From positions 1 to 64,000 of the forward strand of contig MEDY01000049.1 in assembly GCA_001724265.1 (NCBI GenBank): a DNA stretch of 64,000 bases, given 5' to 3'. The translations under genes and the position numbers were made by a program. This document shows, piece by piece, positions 61,201-64,000 of the stretch. The DNA is from Rhizaria sp. SCN 62-66. Its lineage: Eukaryota. Each line of letters begins with the position of its first letter. Position 1 is the first letter of the stretch. The notes below the pieces were generated by a model. The model was not told the origin of the DNA, did no database searches, and saw nothing but the letters and a program-made list of their open reading frames with translations.

Positions 61201-63565
61201 GCAGGCCACGCTGGCGTGGGTGCTGCTTGTCTCGCACAGCGAGGACCGCCTCGGCACGCTTGCGCCGGGCGCCGCCGCGGAGGAGGCGGCCGCGATCCGA
61301 CGCAAGCTCGCAGTGGTCCTTGCCCGGCTTGTGGCCGAGACGAGGGCGATGGCCAGGGAGGGCGGGTTCCTTGCAGCGCCCGCTGCGGCTGCTAGCTACT
61401 ACAAAACACACCTTGCGCTGAACCGTCAGCAAGGCATCGTGAATGGAAGCTCCAGCACTGCCCTCGCTATCATTGGCGAGAGCAGGGATGACAATGACGA
61501 TGCTATCATTACTCAGGCTGGCCTGCCTGCTGATGAGCTTGACATGGACGTCAAGTCTGTTTTGCTGCGACTTCTGCGCGCGCCGACGAACGACGGCAAC
61601 ACCGACGCCGCTGCTGCAGCTGCCGCGGCCGCCGCAGCCGCCGACGCCGCGCACAGTCACTACGCGGCCGCGTTGCTTGCACAGCGCGAGTTGGCCACCG
61701 CGCGCTCTGACGCCGCAGCCGCTGCGTCCGCCGCCGCCGCACGCGAAGACCGTATGAAGCACGCCCACGCCGCGCTCGCTGCCGCGAAGGCCGCCGGCGA
61801 GCGGACACTGCGTGCGCAGTTACAAAAAGCTGCGGACGAGAAGGCCGCGCTTGAAGCCGAACTTACGCAGTACAAGGCGCGTCTGCTGCGGTCGCAACGA
61901 CAGACCAAGGCCGCTGTGGAGGCGGCGACGGCCGCGCGCGCCGCAGTCGCCGCCGAGGCCGACGCCGTGGCTGCCGCGGCTGCGGGTCTCGCTGCACGAT
62001 TTGAAGCTGCGGTCGCCCAGAGCAGCGAGACTGGCGACGGAATTGACCTCCACGACGCTGCTGCGGCCGACGCAGCTGCTGTTCGCGCCGCGGAGGCGGC
62101 CGCAGACACCGGGGCAACGCTCGCCGCGGATGCTGCTAGGGAGGCCGCCGCTGCAACTACTGCTGCCTCCGACGCCGCTGTTCTTGCAGCTCAGACTGCA
62201 GCCTCCGTCTCTCGTAATAGTGCTACAACACAGCCAGACTCTGCTGTCGATGCCTCTGCGGCCGCTGCCGAGGACACCGCGACTGTCGCCGCGACGACTG
62301 CCGCGGACGCAAGGGCTCTGGCGCAGCTCCACCACCACCACCGTGCCCTGCTCTCAGCGCTCGCCGCGACCAGCGCGCGCAACCTCAGCCAGGCCGCGTC
62401 CGCTGCGTCCGCCGTCGCCGCGCGCGACACCGCCCTGCGCAGCCTGCGCCGCGAAGTTGCCTCCAACGAGGCCCTTGTCGCGACTGCGGAGGCGCGCATT
62501 GCCAAGGCCGAGCGCGCACGTGCCCGCGCCACCGCGGAGCGCGTTGCCGCGGCGACGACGGCGCGCAGCGGGCTGGCCGGGATCGCCGAGGAGCGTGCGC
62601 GGCTGCAGCGCGGGCAGAACGCTCTGCTGGCGCAGTCGCGCGCGCAGGCCGCCGCGGCGCAGGAGCGCGAGACGGCGCTGATTGCGCGGCTGCGCGACAC
62701 GGCGCGCGAGCGCGACGCGCTGCAGCTGCACGGCGAGTCCGCGCAGGCGTCGCTGCGGCGGGAGGCCACCGCGCGCGCGACGGCGCTCGAGGCCCGCGTG
62801 CGCGCGCTCGAGACGGACCTCGCTGACACCGTCGCGACTGCGGCGGACGCCGCGGCCGCACTGACGCTGCGCGTTGAGGCGGCTGAAGGCAAGCTCTCGC
62901 TCATGCGGCGCGCGCGCGGGTTCCTCGAGGGCGAGCGGCTTTGGCTGGGCGTAGAAGTCGCGGGCGAGACGCGCGCCAACGCGCGGCCTGGTCTGCGCGT
63001 CCTCGCCCTCGCGCGCGCGGGCCCCTGTCGCGAGGCTGGCGTCGAGCCCGACGACTACATCGTGTCGTGCAACGGCGTCGCGCTGACGCAGACGAGCGAC
63101 ATGGTCGCCATCGCGGCTTCCGCGTGGCCTGGCGACACCGTCTCTCTGCTCGTCGAGCGCAAGGTGCGCGGCGCGCGCGATCAATACGAGCCGCTGCTGT
63201 TCTCGATCAAGACGTGCTCGCGGTCGCTGCCGCACGCCGCGCTGGCGCACCTGGGCGAGATGGCGCGCGGCGCGGCGCTGAGCCCGGACGACGACGCCGC
63301 GCTGGGGAGGTACTTGCGCGCCAACGCGGCCGCGGTCGCCAAACGCGTCGCGACGAGCCACGATGAGGGCGGCGCCGGTGCCGGCTCCGGCGCGAGGGCG
63401 GGGCAGCAACAGCACCAGTCGCAGGCTGGGAGCGCGCGTGACCGCAGCCGCGAGCGCCGGGGCAGTCGGGTCGGACAGCAGCAGCAACAGCAACAACACG
63501 GAGCGGGTGATAGCAGCGGCTCGCCGCGGAGGAGGAGCTTATCGCGCATGGACGAAGGATTCTAA
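52232..63565 (+). CDS. Giant single-exon protein (3,777 aa): inactive dual-specificity phosphatase domain, coiled coils and C-terminal PDZ domain
   Basis: DSP fold at ~57050-57475 (VFIGG..ARN...LGIEYICNLA...KGKVLIHDDAGVGRV..VLAYL). Ala/Arg/Glu coiled coils at ~60350-62900. PDZ at ~62936-63163 (WLGVEV...GLRVLAL..AGPCREAGVEPDDYIVSCNG...PGDTVSLLVER). Stop TAA. Confidence 0.87.
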   Translation: MSSREPMNNGSSPPHGPEPPPQTPLRPSGATLQQSSSSASAAHATAGPTASAAASESAFATPTQRHQASNSAHTSPESLALSDLSISSSALAFSPAQTPAAVSVQQQQQQQQQLHSHQQQRVGITQPGLMTLPLIAPARNSATYPTSTASVLPTAPAATIAASAATNAPGARTSGTLGVGDAGTDKLLFSRSRTRPVSATTPTHGFSANHTGGLSVAHTASAGGSAGSGSTTSAVDAASAVGPARLPALAVSAPHPQSQARSLSFSQSRSQPPQSIDSGTFSSGSSPAASLGHAMSTSGRTDPNATPRVAAAANAVASASAVRDAGATGEIGGDGDNATSLSLTRTRTRPPTAAAAAAVHGHSTAASSQPRAGAPATVTAVEPTSGADQAGFMVTPIDYHGLNRGAASSPRNNTTPHSNSVSSQSVNAVNAISPVAAAARRLPTLPPLSATPVPVQTAALPAANTALDAGCIASPSPSASANAAATAATGALGLPITRAFAPAPLALPATPSLPTLATGNSNSSAAGDAGAADADASASSGVSVESFTLTPLAIATRHANTAMNANTNTNTAAAPASATAASGATTARAPGADSGTNAAGDAIVVGARHRPTGASHIAVTAGAPEDNTSSRFPFNTHTSQAEAEEGEDGADLARARGAATGGTQRLRLTLNAGTGPIGADSHFTPQTAAATTTVANAWTMTGTGQARTGDAEHTDRLQRAQSQSPPPRAFRSQSPAAVSPAAVTQRTQSPQNGRSQSPMHTVRLLSPVAGHTSRSQSPVIAARSPSPAVGVVRSRSPPVRPPRPSVAAAVARTTRATSPTTTAARPAAHAAVGCSDNDGAGDDDGVNGSDKTAQSDGVTAQGGLTQGEDARPSPWLRSDSPETGVYDYTLAYLRQSDAAATPTATAALAAAPQTAGLPLLPPAAVNSIATGASYGSSSSLSLSTTNSNPALSGSSSLIPVASLANAVDSGAAASPAVVPLSFLTTPATTPFALAPPQPQSLSQPQSRSQSRTQSPTLQSRSALLLPPLHPNAAFALGSSSAVSSDPIPAAAADASGLAALGGQYEVLALLRQILAATTALANAPTPAATAPAPALAPAPDASTAGATASGREHGSKDRARGNNSDRDRGHDREHDREHRHRSGSSRSHRGHSSGDRHRQSRSRSRSGHDRDRDRERYYRERGDRERNDRERQSRHAARSQQPQSPGVAQPTGAAAKAAADNAATTTQTGTVTVPAATAAGNTRANTTASVMSTVMQQLSALADATARSVAASDPNAGVNAALSTAAAAAAAAANSPDAPAADATVTASSDATQADAATTIDHDAIVATTDQCLAIPLSPPAATITLAHINTGATDTDAAAVGAETTTTTAAATVGTDVADVVASLEPSSATSPEDGPVITAAESLFGPAASAALAAAPSLLLSELQKLVTRYSNANAGARGSDGYTGGAYLEEIHSDRDSVSDSDSFCSLPPPDADAHDGGDADESKETAGARRGRDRQQRSGRYSNRYRRRSRYYSSSSDSSTTGSSRGSDSDSSDSSSSASTSGSERKSNSNRGRKSKRDRRRSKRNGDKNKDKDDDGANPPEQQAGAAATTEAASAKEEACQEGVFTHPTNLNGVVFIGGIADARNKARNQALGIEYICNLAPNQVPNFFPTEFIYKSLAPPSDGLVVRTFEEVLTFIELVKAAKGKVLIHDDAGVGRVMCPVLAYLCKEYSFTLFESFKFITARRKEFDVPPPLWRQMGDWELAALGSSTLADVVFAKRKRAMDDDDGIVGFMSARQVKALMDEYENSLATLQVKVQQMEVGALTVYSEQERSQGDVREAMGGFLTAISSVVAGVCAALDEDDENDHEANPGNNANASGAFDGSGAGFRRAASVTATAAAAAAAAVTGSPLRLPSYGGNSAMSGLSSNKGRLLSHGNFETVSSSSSTESTRSPYKISLFAPPAGTVSSAPGQLGGQSPDDEASPIGDRINASASSPMDFEGGGVRRLPSDSSVFSDSGLALGADDGDGGCFVSYEDADGVVHTINAMQFDPANAFARLPSVAAAVSRGASLSVSSAGSLQARLQRQQQSISPSTATRSALKPKSGRDKSKETKTKTGDDSDGDDGDVDDADDAYGDDDNDEQKRDIDEDDANDDRNTMRGFAYDYDYNGVTVDADAADALPTSLLLAMPWLLTERNSAAAGAARGDQTLSRGQSQVRWADEVKGGASDSDREQPQQQQQQQSDSRGRLSRRERREAEPTAKKSESTAANVDDDLESQMAAVAEVEAATPQLEFLRQLSSAFSSSTASASASSSTGSAAVAYSPFAGPASYPPPHSLHIRAAPTAGPGSSPLLKASEAGDGTGGAADGGEFTLPPPKLHFQVTAPTGEVVAAYDTNAANAGKTAAELAQSRALGSSPNSSAAASPSTGAMRPSMVEHDFFKLPESNATALDNFSSARRSSQSSPAVAGNASPNLNTNSKNANAKGNKVIAIDLDKLPSLSELSSNHGNAGTNTERVSNIAAGDDDGDDDIDEKAKHAIAVLSSKLSRPRARGALGGHKSKLESFVEEEEEDASENGEASETGSRYATPRLTGAAGPLGSSLKGNSAPSSQLSTSTRTAASYSNTNPFTHQRLAANSNANNKGPTSAFPSALSLTTDPAAAAVVLARAFPAASGGSGAFTGFIASIAALSAAATAARAASRRDLHSLRRCQRRLARAVAVAALAHRVGRQERARAVAAVAAVTVASAQDAVEHEAAAAEAARANEAAMVATARERDRRIALANRTAAAQAAAARVAAAAANKREAALRGSAAALQLEMQDVVSAANKREQDLLAALDFALTESMAREGEIISQAASAQAAAGGHSANNAREYLGVGGGLGDDDDGEATHWFDINNSNNVTRSRQPKLSSVATAPVVTGGSNDLNHHREPTSPALSRHSSHHRPSDAAVAAYPLHASSLLTSANFRAGAAWERASLSSRRSAQLSSAHGRLAAALARQRLTHTRQLREAQATLAWVLLVSHSEDRLGTLAPGAAAEEAAAIRRKLAVVLARLVAETRAMAREGGFLAAPAAAASYYKTHLALNRQQGIVNGSSSTALAIIGESRDDNDDAIITQAGLPADELDMDVKSVLLRLLRAPTNDGNTDAAAAAAAAAAAADAAHSHYAAALLAQRELATARSDAAAAASAAAAREDRMKHAHAALAAAKAAGERTLRAQLQKAADEKAALEAELTQYKARLLRSQRQTKAAVEAATAARAAVAAEADAVAAAAAGLAARFEAAVAQSSETGDGIDLHDAAAADAAAVRAAEAAADTGATLAADAAREAAAATTAASDAAVLAAQTAASVSRNSATTQPDSAVDASAAAAEDTATVAATTAADARALAQLHHHHRALLSALAATSARNLSQAASAASAVAARDTALRSLRREVASNEALVATAEARIAKAERARARATAERVAAATTARSGLAGIAEERARLQRGQNALLAQSRAQAAAAQERETALIARLRDTARERDALQLHGESAQASLRREATARATALEARVRALETDLADTVATAADAAAALTLRVEAAEGKLSLMRRARGFLEGERLWLGVEVAGETRANARPGLRVLALARAGPCREAGVEPDDYIVSCNGVALTQTSDMVAIAASAWPGDTVSLLVERKVRGARDQYEPLLFSIKTCSRSLPHAALAHLGEMARGAALSPDDDAALGRYLRANAAAVAKRVATSHDEGGAGAGSGARAGQQQHQSQAGSARDRSRERRGSRVGQQQQQQQHGAGDSSGSPRRRSLSRMDEGF
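55603..55802 (+). repeat. Degenerate GACCGT(GAG/CAT) tandem repeats encoding an RD/RE/RS mixed-charge tract
   Basis: CATGACCGTGAG units and GACCGTGACCGT runs; translates DRDRGHDREHDREH...RSRSRSGHDRDRDRER. Confidence 0.7.
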
Positions 63566-64000
63566 CGCCACTCTGGTTTAATAACATGTTTCAATTCACT
63601 TTATTTTTTACTGATACCTAGAGTATTGACTATATACACCGAATACTATGTTTGATTCAAACTTCGTTTCGCTTAGGTGCGGTACGCGGACGGTTTGCAC
63701 GATGGCAGAATGACTAACCGTATGTACACAATGTATTACAACTACTGATGCATGTTTTAGTTTTCAAGTTCCGTGCGCCTCGGCCGCCTTTTTATACTTT
63801 TTTAACGACTGGACGAACCATCCCGTCCCAAATCGCCTACAGTCCAGTTAATTACGGAACAAGATCACTTTTCCGATGCGAAATCAGTTGAATTAGTACG
63901 CACTACCTAGTTGATTATCTAGATAAGCTTTTATACACAGAAAATACATAGTATTTATTCTGAAATCAACTCAAATTAATTTCCACCACGAATGACTTTT

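Noticed and set aside
977-63587. Hundreds of overlapping antisense and alternate-frame ORFs (e.g. 24181-25785 +, 34391-35848 -, 53479-54690 -)
   Set aside because: Shadows of GC-rich, stop-poor coding sequence. They have Arg/Cys/Leu-run compositions and no recognisable motifs.

Overview
Eukaryotic nuclear DNA from a flagellated (IFT43-encoding) protist-like organism: GC-rich coding islands separated by short AT-rich spacers, with short GT-AG introns. I find nine protein genes: (1) an 8,288-aa intronless N-acylated GAF-GAF-phosphodiesterase-like protein with a degenerate active site; (2) a 4-exon O-methyltransferase; (3) a ~4,251-aa IQ/PGP-repeat protein; (4) a TKL kinase-Sel1 protein; (5) a small membrane protein; (6) IFT43; (7) GPN3; (8) a type I membrane protein; (9) a 3,777-aa pseudo-dual-specificity phosphatase/coiled-coil/PDZ protein. 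The main discovery is an apparent variant nuclear genetic code. Six in-frame TAG codons interrupt four otherwise intact genes, including one inside a CAG polyglutamine tract of IFT43 and one at the kinase hinge (MEYL*GGSL). All nine genes end in TAA or TGA and none in TAG. This points to UAG=Gln with UAA/UGA kept as stops, which the standard-code ORF track misses by splitting these genes. Other notable features are two giant pseudoenzymes, folded domains interrupted by very long low-complexity insertions, and an unusual GTNCGY splice-donor consensus. All domain calls come from motif recognition by eye; no database searches were run.
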